Source: a virus. Taken from it: 64,000 bases of DNA. The stretch lies in the IMG/VR virus record IMGVR_UViG_3300042197_002762, positions 32,001 through 96,000 of that record; one strand, given 5' to 3'. Within the stretch, counting starts at the first letter, position 1; the number at the start of each line of letters is the position of its first letter. This document shows, piece after piece, positions 1 through 7,447 of this stretch. The position numbers and the translations under genes were made by a program. The notes under the pieces are model-generated. The model saw nothing but the letters and a program-made list of their open reading frames with translations, was not told where the DNA came from and did no database searches.

Positions 1-168
1 GTTAGAGGGCACAGAGTAGGGCGACCAGCCGAGAGTGGCGATGGTCTTGCCAGACTCGACGCTGACGAGCTCATGCCAGAGTTTAGTGCAATCGCCATCG
101 AAGTCCTCCGAGACGACGAGCGTGCAAAGGGTTCCGTTGACGTTGAATTGTGTTTCTTTATCTTTCAT
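1..168 (-). CDS. Early hypothetical protein, runs off the left edge (MKDKETQFNVNGTLCTLVVSEDFDGDCTKLWHELVSVESGKTIATLGWSPYSVPSN...)
   Basis: Not in the ORF track. ATG at 168 (minus) lies 6 nt after a -10 box and the frame is open to the window edge. Confidence 0.75.
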   Translation of the reverse strand, partial: MKDKETQFNVNGTLCTLVVSEDFDGDCTKLWHELVSVESGKTIATLGWSPYSVPSN

Positions 169-202
169 GCTTATAGAATAGCACAGCGCGCGGAAAATGC
201 AA
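169..202 (-). promoter_or_regulatory. sigma70-type leaderless early promoter
   Basis: Minus strand TTGCAT-N16-TATTCT-ATAAGC-ATG, with TGn extended -10 and an upstream A tract. Confidence 0.75.
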
Positions 203-285
203 CGATTTTTTTTGCGATTGTGCAAAGTATTTTTGTTGATGAAAAAAAGTTTTGGGAGTTGGCACGCTTCATGAATGTGTGTTTG

Positions 286-363
286 CGTAAGTCGTTCATT
301 ATCAAGCACTTACGTTTCGCGGCGGGGCGCGCCGGCGTAAGTCGTTGAACGACAACAACTTAC
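286..363. repeat. Two tandem palindromes GTAAGT-N15-ACTTAC
   Basis: CGTAAGT(286-292)...ACTTACG(308-314) and GTAAGT(337-342)...ACTTAC(358-363), 50-bp period, GC-rich spacer. Confidence 0.8.
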
Positions 364-536
364 AGAGAACAGATCGTGCGCCAGACAATCACCACAGCAA
401 GGCCCACAAGTGCGCCTTCTATGACATTGATGATTGCCTTTGTCATAATGTGCTTTGTCATAGTGCGGTGAACGCTCTTGTCGATTGCTTGTGCAAGCGG
501 CTTGGTGTCGATTGCGAGTGGTATTTTCTTTGTCAT
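360..536 (-). CDS. Small early hypothetical protein with a C-terminal hydrophobic helix (58 aa)
   Basis: 3' part of track ORF 360..707; ATG at 536 follows the stop of the upstream ORF at 541. Confidence 0.55.
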   Translation of the reverse strand: MTKKIPLAIDTKPLAQAIDKSVHRTMTKHIMTKAIINVIEGALVGLAVVIVWRTICSL

Positions 537-540
537 AATG

Positions 541-768
541 TTAGCAAGGCGCGCCGCCATAGCAGGGCGCATCTTCGTTTGCGAGGATCTCACAAACAAT
601 GTCATAGAGTCCTTGGTTTGCTTCAAAGCTCTCTTGCGAGACTTCGTAGCCGTCTCTCCACATGGCAAAACCAGAGAGTTGCAATTGATCGGCATGATCG
701 AACTCATACTCTGTGCAGAGGTAGTATTCGCAGCCTTGGTAAGTGAAGTAGTCTTCGTATGTGTTCAT
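541..768 (-). CDS. Small acidic early hypothetical protein (75 aa, MNTYEDYF...)
   Basis: Track ORF 541..813 trimmed to the ATG at 768, next to the stop of 770..952. Confidence 0.65.
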   Translation of the reverse strand: MNTYEDYFTYQGCEYYLCTEYEFDHADQLQLSGFAMWRDGYEVSQESFEANQGLYDIVCEILANEDAPCYGGAPC

Positions 769-769
769 G

Positions 770-952
770 TTATTCTTTTCCCAAGTATTCAGCGACTTGA
801 GAAGGTGTTGCAACCTTCAGAGTGCGCGTGTAGAACAGGCCCATCTTACCATGATGATGAGCGTGAGTCTTGTCGCCTTCGTTGCGAATGACGCGGTAGA
901 CTGTTGCGCCGCTCACCCAGAGCTGGCCTTTTTGTGGTGTTTTATTTTTCAT
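770..952 (-). CDS. Small early hypothetical protein (60 aa)
   Basis: ORF starts exactly at the predicted +1 of a leaderless promoter. Confidence 0.7.
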   Translation of the reverse strand: MKNKTPQKGQLWVSGATVYRVIRNEGDKTHAHHHGKMGLFYTRTLKVATPSQVAEYLGKE

Positions 953-986
953 GCTTTTAATGTATCAGAGTTGAGGAAAAAGTCAA
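953..986 (-). promoter_or_regulatory. sigma70-type leaderless early promoter
   Basis: TTGACT-N16-TACATT-AAAAGC-ATG on the minus strand. Confidence 0.8.
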
Positions 987-995
987 GGGATTTTT

Positions 996-1178
996 TTACT
1001 TTCTCACAAGTTTTTTTTCCCATACCAGAGCATCAACCCTGTGGAACTTTACCTCGTAGGAGCCTTTAGCAGTCCAACCCTTGAACACACGGAGGTTTAA
1101 CCCTCCGAACGTGCAGACCGCTTTGTTGCGAGCGGCATAAGCGTTGATGTCGGTGCTGGTGTAGTATTTCTTTTTCAT
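996..1178 (-). CDS. Small basic early hypothetical protein (60 aa)
   Basis: ORF starts at the predicted +1 of a leaderless promoter. Confidence 0.65.
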   Translation of the reverse strand: MKKKYYTSTDINAYAARNKAVCTFGGLNLRVFKGWTAKGSYEVKFHRVDALVWEKKLVRK

Positions 1179-1212
1179 GCTTACAATGTAGCACAGATGC
1201 GGGAAAAAGCAA
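1179..1212 (-). promoter_or_regulatory. sigma70-type leaderless early promoter
   Basis: TTGCTT-N16-TACATT-GTAAGC-ATG on the minus strand. Confidence 0.75.
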
Positions 1213-1719
1213 GGGATTTTTTTACTATTTTGAAAATTATTTTTGTTGACAATCCCCCCCTATTTTTGAAAAAATTCGAACGTTCGTTTTATTTTTTAGG
1301 GCCGGGGGGGTGAAATTTCAATCTCCTGAATATTTATTTTAATTAATTTAATTTAACCTGTCTTACTCTATATGTATATTCTATCTATTCTCTTTATATA
1401 TACCCCCCTGCCCTTTTCTAAAAACAATACGACTATTGTATTCAATATATACAAATCAATTTGAAAATTTGGCGGGGTATTTTTCTTTTTATTAATTTAA
1501 TTTAACCAGTTACTCTTATTCTTACTATTATATATAATTCCTATACATATTCCTATAGTAATGTATAAGTTTGGGGGGTATTTCTATATATATGTACCCC
1601 CTGCCCTTTTTTAAAACTTTGGGGATAAAATAATAATTATAATAATAATCAAATCAAAAAAAATCGGGGGCTATATTTTTTCTGTAATTTTAATTTAACT
1701 ATGGTCACAATAATGTCAC
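1213..1719. repeat. Non-coding AT-rich region with direct and inverted repeats (candidate origin or genome terminus)
   Basis: TTAATTTAATTTAACC at 1343-1358 and 1492-1507; TACCCCC(C)TGCCCTTTT at 1401 and 1595; complementary GGGGTA motifs at ~1474 and ~1575; palindrome CGAACGTTCG at 1277-1286. Confidence 0.6.
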
Positions 1720-1753
1720 TTGATTATTCTACATATTACTGTAATATAATGGT

Positions 1754-1909
1754 ATGAAAGGGGGTTTTCTAAATGATATCACTAGGCATGATTATCACAA
1801 TAATCAATTTCAAATTTATACTTATTGGGTATATCGCAATGCTTACAGAATTTTTTCCCAGCAGCACTCGTTAATGAATGTTGCTAGGCAATGGTTTTGT
1901 TTAAGTTAA
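1754..1909 (+). CDS. Possible 51-aa protein (MKGGFLNDITRHDYHNN...)
   Basis: Below the track cut-off; TTGATT-N16-TAATAT-N6-ATG upstream; stop overlaps the convergent gene's stop (TTAA). Confidence 0.35.
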   Translation: MKGGFLNDITRHDYHNNQFQIYTYWVYRNAYRIFSQQHSLMNVARQWFCLS

Positions 1910-2304
1910 GGATTATACAGTAAAACATTTTCTGCATATTCAGCCCAAAGTACTTTACTCATTGGGTGCATAAGTTGTACTATTTTATATGGATCATATA
2001 TTGGGTATTGACTTAATTGATAACTGGCAAACGCTGGATCATATACATATGTACTATTTTTATAGACATATAACGTAACAGCATGCCCAGATTTTGCCCC
2101 TTTCAATTTATACAAAAGAATCTTTGCCCAAACATTAGATTCATTTAATATATTTTGGGCTTCAATTGCGTATTGATACTGAATCGCATAAATCAAACAC
2201 CCGTTATTAAGAATGATATCTTCTTTTTCTGGTTTTGTGGAATAATTCGGAATAATACCCAAAACTATTACAAAAATTAATAATAAATAAAATGTTTTTA
2301 CCAC
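1906..2304 (-). CDS. Membrane-anchored transglutaminase/papain-like cysteine peptidase (putative)
   Basis: N-terminal hydrophobic segment; GCLIYA...GHAV...YVYDP gives a Cys-His-Asp order. Confidence 0.5.
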   Translation of the reverse strand: MVKTFYLLLIFVIVLGIIPNYSTKPEKEDIILNNGCLIYAIQYQYAIEAQNILNESNVWAKILLYKLKGAKSGHAVTLYVYKNSTYVYDPAFASYQLSQYPIYDPYKIVQLMHPMSKVLWAEYAENVLLYNP

Positions 2305-2312
2305 AAATTAAA

Positions 2313-2318
2313 TTACAC
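2313..2318 (-). promoter_or_regulatory. RTGTAA putative late promoter element
   Basis: GTGTAA on the minus strand, 8 nt before the GTG at 2304. Confidence 0.5.
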
Positions 2319-2358
2319 AAACATTTTTATTTTTTATATAATCATATACAGTTTAAAT

Positions 2359-3180
2359 ATGAAAATTGTTTTTAGCTACATTCATAGTTCAATAGATAAA
2401 CCCATGGATTTAAACATGGCTAGACTCTCATTATATTTTATAAAAAAACTTAATTATCCTACATGTATATATTTAGATCAAAAAAATTTTAATAAATTTG
2501 ATAATTTAAAATATGATGAAAAAATTTTATTAGACCAGTCAATTTTAGATAAGTTACCATCAAATGTTTGGTCATTAGGTAAATTATTAGTTTTTTCGCA
2601 AATTAAAGAGCCTTTTATTCATATAGATTTTGATTTATTCTGTATGCAAGATAATTTTAAATATTTTTTAAATGAAAAATTTTTAGCTTTTCATGAAGAA
2701 CCATGGACAGACTTTGATATATATGAGACCGATATAAAACATGCTTTTTCTCAAATCGAACTTCTTAAAAATCAAAATATTAATGATATTAAAGTTTATA
2801 ATTGCGCCGCAGTTGGCGGCAATGCTATTCCAGAGATAAATAAATCTGCCCAATTGGTTTTAGAATATGCAATAAAAAATAAAGATTATTTTTTAAAGAG
2901 AGATGAATTTTATAATAGTATATGGAGTGTTTCCGTATTCTTTGAACAACTTCTATTTATGAATCTTGTTAAGAAATTATTATCAAGTGATGTTACCTGC
3001 ATATTAGATGAAAAAACAAGTACAGAAAAACACCAACCTCTTTTAAATTTATGCGATAAGATAGGAGTTGATTTTATAGTCGAAGAAATGGCAAGAAAAA
3101 ATATTATCCATCTTTGGGGATCAAAAGAAAAATTTCTAAAAAACTTTTATCTACTATTACAATCTAGAAAAATTAATTAA
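2359..3180 (+). CDS. DUF6734-like nucleotide-diphospho-sugar transferase-fold protein
   Basis: WSLGKLLVFSQIKEPFIHIDFDLF (DxD) and YNCAAVGG motifs. Confidence 0.6.
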   Translation: MKIVFSYIHSSIDKPMDLNMARLSLYFIKKLNYPTCIYLDQKNFNKFDNLKYDEKILLDQSILDKLPSNVWSLGKLLVFSQIKEPFIHIDFDLFCMQDNFKYFLNEKFLAFHEEPWTDFDIYETDIKHAFSQIELLKNQNINDIKVYNCAAVGGNAIPEINKSAQLVLEYAIKNKDYFLKRDEFYNSIWSVSVFFEQLLFMNLVKKLLSSDVTCILDEKTSTEKHQPLLNLCDKIGVDFIVEEMARKNIIHLWGSKEKFLKNFYLLLQSRKIN

Positions 3181-3945
3181 AGCTTGTTTGCTTCTCATGG
3201 CGTGTACAATTGCTGGCTGTACAATAATTTTTTCATAGGTCATGTAAGAAGTATATTCCCATTTCCTATTTTCAGGGATAACATCTTTAAAATTATCGGT
3301 CCAATCGCTGGCCCAATAATCTGTAAAATTTTCTAAAAATCTATCTTCAACTCTTGGTGACATTAGATGAGAAAGATATGCAATAGATACTTCTTCTGGC
3401 ACAATAATGTTATAATGTCTTAACTTATTATGAAATTCATAAGCTAAAATATTAGCTTGATCAATAAATTCTTTCTGACATATCCAAAATCCCCCATTGC
3501 TATTCCTAATTTCTTTAGAAAGCACTCCATTTTTACGCATGAAAGTTTCCATTATATGATTTGGCACTTGCCACCAGTCTGGTCTTTTCGTTTTAGTAGA
3601 ATTAATTGGGCTTTCTAAAAAGGAGTGCCAAGGACTATCTTGAATTACGTCCAGCGGCGATATCTCAGGCTTTCTTACAAAATAATGGTCAGCATCAATA
3701 AAAACAAAATAATCATAATCTAATTTTTTAATTTCATGTTTTAAATATTCAAATTTAAAAAATTGTAATTTGTCTAAATTAATATTTTTATTTAGCCTAA
3801 AATTGAAACAATTATTTATCGGCTTTTCAGTAAAAGCATAAAAATCTTCTTTTATTCCCACTTCTCGCGCAGAATTAATCATGGATTGCGCTATATAATC
3901 ATAATCACCCCAAGAAATAGTCCAATAACAAATTTTTTTATTCAT
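3157..3945 (-). CDS. GT-A fold glycosyltransferase
   Basis: QFFKFEYL...YDYFVFIDADHYF DxD motif, NGGFW. Confidence 0.7.
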   Translation of the reverse strand: MNKKICYWTISWGDYDYIAQSMINSAREVGIKEDFYAFTEKPINNCFNFRLNKNINLDKLQFFKFEYLKHEIKKLDYDYFVFIDADHYFVRKPEISPLDVIQDSPWHSFLESPINSTKTKRPDWWQVPNHIMETFMRKNGVLSKEIRNSNGGFWICQKEFIDQANILAYEFHNKLRHYNIIVPEEVSIAYLSHLMSPRVEDRFLENFTDYWASDWTDNFKDVIPENRKWEYTSYMTYEKIIVQPAIVHAMRSKQALINFSRL

Positions 3946-4979
3946 ATATTTTTAAAAACGTTTTCCCATAAAGATAATTGTGAATTTTTATTAGCCCAGA
4001 TTGTTTCTGCCATTATTTTTGAGTTATATCCCAGTGTATTTAATAAATCATTATCATTATATAGCTTTAATATATATTCATAGCATTCTTCTACAGTGTT
4101 ATATACATAGCCTGTTCTTTCATGCCAAATCATATTAGGAAAATTCCCTTCATTAGGAACTATACAGGGGATTCCCAATAGTTGCGCTTCAACAATAGAC
4201 CTTGATTGATTTTCTGTATAATTGTGGTGACAAGTGAATACGTATAAATCTAACTGCGACAAAAACTCTATAATATTTTCTTGATTCTCATTTAGAACTT
4301 CGAAGTTTTCTCCAAAATTAAACCAACTATATTTTTGTTTTAATTTATCATCCCACCCCATAAATCTAAAATGAACATTAGGGATATTTATTTTTTTATA
4401 AAAAAGCGGGAAATTCTCACTATATTTTGTCCATTCCGCCCTTGACAATTTACCAATTACAAATTTATCTTTTAGATAAGATTTTTTATTGATGCTTTGA
4501 TATTTAGATGAATTAAAATAATTGGGAATAATATAATTTTTAACTTGACTAAAAAGTGGATTTACTTTTACTAAACGCTTTTGATGAAAATCACTAGTGA
4601 ATATAGCGGCATTAACAAGTCCATTTTCTATAGCCGCACCTTCTTCTTTAGAAGACCACATCATATCATTAGACCATATAAATTTTAGCCCAATATTTTT
4701 TATTTTTTCTAATTTCCAAGAATCTTGGAAAATTCTGAAGTTACAAAAAGCTATAGCGTACCCATTACTTTTAGTGGGTAGTGTATCCCACGTAAGAACT
4801 TTAACATTATTTTTATTTAAAAAATCAATATGATCTTGATCTTTTAAACGAAATTTATCGTTTGGAATACAAAATAAATTATACTTATTAGATTCCGCAA
4901 ATAATTCGATTAAGTCTTTTAATCTAGTATCAGCACCCCCAAGATTAGACGGCCACTGAAAAAAATAAATATTTTCCAT
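3942..4979 (-). CDS. GT-B fold (GT4-like) glycosyltransferase
   Basis: N-terminal LGGADT; ENQSRSIVEAQLLGIPCIV (E-x7-E); ERTGYVY. Confidence 0.8.
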   Translation of the reverse strand: MENIYFFQWPSNLGGADTRLKDLIELFAESNKYNLFCIPNDKFRLKDQDHIDFLNKNNVKVLTWDTLPTKSNGYAIAFCNFRIFQDSWKLEKIKNIGLKFIWSNDMMWSSKEEGAAIENGLVNAAIFTSDFHQKRLVKVNPLFSQVKNYIIPNYFNSSKYQSINKKSYLKDKFVIGKLSRAEWTKYSENFPLFYKKINIPNVHFRFMGWDDKLKQKYSWFNFGENFEVLNENQENIIEFLSQLDLYVFTCHHNYTENQSRSIVEAQLLGIPCIVPNEGNFPNMIWHERTGYVYNTVEECYEYILKLYNDNDLLNTLGYNSKIMAETIWANKNSQLSLWENVFKNI

Positions 4980-5019
4980 TATCGTTAATTATAACGATAA
5001 TTTTTAAGAATGTAAAGTA

Positions 5020-5424
5020 TTATTTAATTTTAATTTGTTTTGTCCTAGCCTGTTCGGCTTTTTGGGCGGAGATCTTGAGTACACCATGGTCAAGTTCAGC
5101 TTCAATTGTATTTGTGTCTAAAGTTGAAGGAATACTTACTGAATGATAAAACTTAAGATTATCTTGTTCCGCACTAATATGTAAAACATTATTTTCAGCA
5201 GAAAGTTTAATATTCTCTTTACGAAAACGTGGAAGTTCAACTTCTAAGTTATAAGAATCCTTATTTTGTTCTTTAAAACCCAACATATTAGAAAAACTAT
5301 ATTTTGGACTTGTTACAATATTGAAACTATTTGATAATGTAGGCCATAGATGGTTTATATCATCAATAAAGTCCCAAGTTTCCAAAGTGTTATTTAAAGG
5401 TATAAGAGAATAGTTTAAATTCAT
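5020..5424 (-). CDS. Small heat shock protein (Hsp20/alpha-crystallin)
   Basis: VELPRFRKENIKL...IEAELDHGVLKI alpha-crystallin signature. Confidence 0.9.
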   Translation of the reverse strand: MNLNYSLIPLNNTLETWDFIDDINHLWPTLSNSFNIVTSPKYSFSNMLGFKEQNKDSYNLEVELPRFRKENIKLSAENNVLHISAEQDNLKFYHSVSIPSTLDTNTIEAELDHGVLKISAQKAEQARTKQIKIK

Positions 5425-5507
5425 AGTGAGAAATTAGACTCACAGTTTTTACATTCGTTCAAAAAAATTTTTAATCAGGTAAAATAAAAGTGTCCTATAT
5501 TTACTAA

Positions 5508-5513
5508 GTGTAA
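5508..5513 (+). promoter_or_regulatory. RTGTAA putative late promoter element
   Basis: GTGTAA 16 nt before the phoH ATG. Confidence 0.5.
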
Positions 5514-5529
5514 ATAATAATGTTCTTTC

Positions 5530-6258
5530 ATGAAGTCTAAAAAAGAAAAACCTCGTGACGTTTCTCCGTATACGGAGAAGAAAAAAACAAAATTAATTAA
5601 TATTGATCTCAATATTAGAGAATTACCATGGACAGATAAACAAAAAGAGTTTATAAAACTGGCTAATGATAAAAACACCAAAGTAATTATTACTAAAGGT
5701 GTTGCTGGGACTAGTAAAACACTTCTTGCTGTATATTGCTCTCTACAAAAAATAAGGGATAAAAAAATTAGCGAAATTTATTATAGCCGCGTTCCTGTAG
5801 AGGCTTCTGTTCACGGTATTGGATATATTAAAGGAACATCAGAAGAAAAGATGTCTCCCTATACACATCCGATGGTTGACAAATTAAATGAATTATTAAT
5901 AGAGCCACATGTTAAAGCACTCATGGCCGATGAAAGAATAGTTGGTATTCCTTTGGGATTTTTACGCGGGTTAAATATTTCAAACGCTGCTTTTATTATG
6001 GATGAAGCTCAAAATTGTCGCATCGAAGATTTTCTTCTTGTAATGACGCGCATGGCGAAATTTTCAACTCTATTTATTTGTGGTGATGCTCAACAGTCAG
6101 ATATTAAACAGAGTGGATTTAATAAAGTATTTGATATGTTCAACAGTGAAGAAGCCAAAAAACATGGTATTCATACTTTTGAATTTGGCAAAGAAGATAT
6201 TGTTCGTTCGGAAATTCTTTCTTATATTATAGAACAATTTGAAAAATCTAAAAAATAA
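5530..6258 (+). CDS. phoH: PhoH-like ATPase
   Basis: GVAGTSKT Walker A, FLRGLNI, IMDEAQN, GDAQQSD, DIVRS. Confidence 0.95.
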   Translation: MKSKKEKPRDVSPYTEKKKTKLINIDLNIRELPWTDKQKEFIKLANDKNTKVIITKGVAGTSKTLLAVYCSLQKIRDKKISEIYYSRVPVEASVHGIGYIKGTSEEKMSPYTHPMVDKLNELLIEPHVKALMADERIVGIPLGFLRGLNISNAAFIMDEAQNCRIEDFLLVMTRMAKFSTLFICGDAQQSDIKQSGFNKVFDMFNSEEAKKHGIHTFEFGKEDIVRSEILSYIIEQFEKSKK

Positions 6259-6259
6259 A

Positions 6260-6265
6260 GTGTAA
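6260..6265 (+). promoter_or_regulatory. RTGTAA putative late promoter element
   Basis: GTGTAA 8 nt before the ATG at 6274. Confidence 0.5.
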
Positions 6266-6273
6266 ATTTTGTA

Positions 6274-7407
6274 ATGAGTTTAACTTTTACGAAAAATGGC
6301 GCGAATCAAATAGATTTTAAAGGCGAAGGCGATAAAAAAAATCTATTAAATCCTGATTTTCAAATTCCAGCATTAACGATTGAAAACGGGGTGTTAAAGT
6401 TAAATGGTAATACTTTTTCGGGCATCGGTGTTAATCATCATAGACTTGTACAAGAAAGAGTATTAGCAGATCCTCAAAATTTTTCCTACCTAAACGGGAT
6501 AACGCAACTCGCTCTTTTTAAGATTCCTTTTGCTCGTGTGGGTTTAAATTTCTATCCAATAGATGCAAATATTTTCTTTAATGACCGAAATAAATATTAT
6601 GAAAGGATTGATGGTTTAATAGATTTATTTTCTAAATGCAACATAGGTTTGATACTTGTATTTTCTTGGCGTCATTATACTTTTTGTGATATCGCTGGAG
6701 AAAATGTTGACCAACTAGGAAATCCAAATAGTCTTACCAGGGCATTATTAAGAGAATTTGTCTCTGAAGTAGTTAATAGATATAAAACTTCTAGAATCGT
6801 ATGGGCGTGGGAAATGGGGAATGAGTGGAATTTATCTGCGGATTTGCCTAATGCGACAAATCATTTACCCCCGACAAACACTTCACAAGGCAATCCTTCA
6901 ACTAGAGACCCTGTAAGAGATATTCTTGTTACAGATGATATGCTGTCAACAATGATTGATATAGGTACACTTGTTAAGTCCTTGGACCCCAAGAGACCGC
7001 TTAGTACAGGACATTCTTTATCAAGAGATAGTCAATGGCATCAAGACCAATGGCAAAGAGGTTTTATCCCAATCCAAAATGCTTGGGATGATGATTCCCC
7101 AGAAGAAGCTGAAATAATGGCTATAAGGCATTGCCCAGATCCTTATGATTTATTCAGCGCCCATGTTTATCCATACAATTATCCTAAACTGGAAGAGTTT
7201 GCGGGATATGCTACAAATATGGAAAAACCACTGTTTGTGGGAGAGTTTGGAACAAGTGTTGCTGAAGAAGCAGATTTTGGAGCGGTATTATCAACTGTGA
7301 AAACATATGCTCCGATTTCAGCCTTATGGACTTATGATAGACCCTCTGATACATTTAATGTTTCGACAACAAATAGTAGAAAATGGATGTTCCAAGCTAT
7401 TTTATAA
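6274..7407 (+). CDS. Clan GH-A (GH5-like, mannanase/cellulase-type) glycoside hydrolase
   Basis: AWEMGNEW (acid/base), SAHVY, KPLFVGEFG (nucleophile); no signal peptide. Confidence 0.8.
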   Translation: MSLTFTKNGANQIDFKGEGDKKNLLNPDFQIPALTIENGVLKLNGNTFSGIGVNHHRLVQERVLADPQNFSYLNGITQLALFKIPFARVGLNFYPIDANIFFNDRNKYYERIDGLIDLFSKCNIGLILVFSWRHYTFCDIAGENVDQLGNPNSLTRALLREFVSEVVNRYKTSRIVWAWEMGNEWNLSADLPNATNHLPPTNTSQGNPSTRDPVRDILVTDDMLSTMIDIGTLVKSLDPKRPLSTGHSLSRDSQWHQDQWQRGFIPIQNAWDDDSPEEAEIMAIRHCPDPYDLFSAHVYPYNYPKLEEFAGYATNMEKPLFVGEFGTSVAEEADFGAVLSTVKTYAPISALWTYDRPSDTFNVSTTNSRKWMFQAIL

Positions 7408-7432
7408 AATCGGAGTGATCATAATAAATAAA

Positions 7433-7438
7433 GTGTAA
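7433..7438 (+). promoter_or_regulatory. RTGTAA putative late promoter element
   Basis: GTGTAA 9 nt before the ATG at 7448. Confidence 0.5.
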
Positions 7439-7447
7439 TAGTTATAA

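Noticed and set aside
73-1069. Plus-strand ORFs 73..348, 345..746, 478..891 and 761..1069
   Set aside because: Antisense to the promoter-supported minus-strand genes; they reflect the higher GC content
1298-1770. G-quadruplex from the G runs
   Set aside because: G tracts are separated by tens of AT bases and mixed with C runs on the same strand
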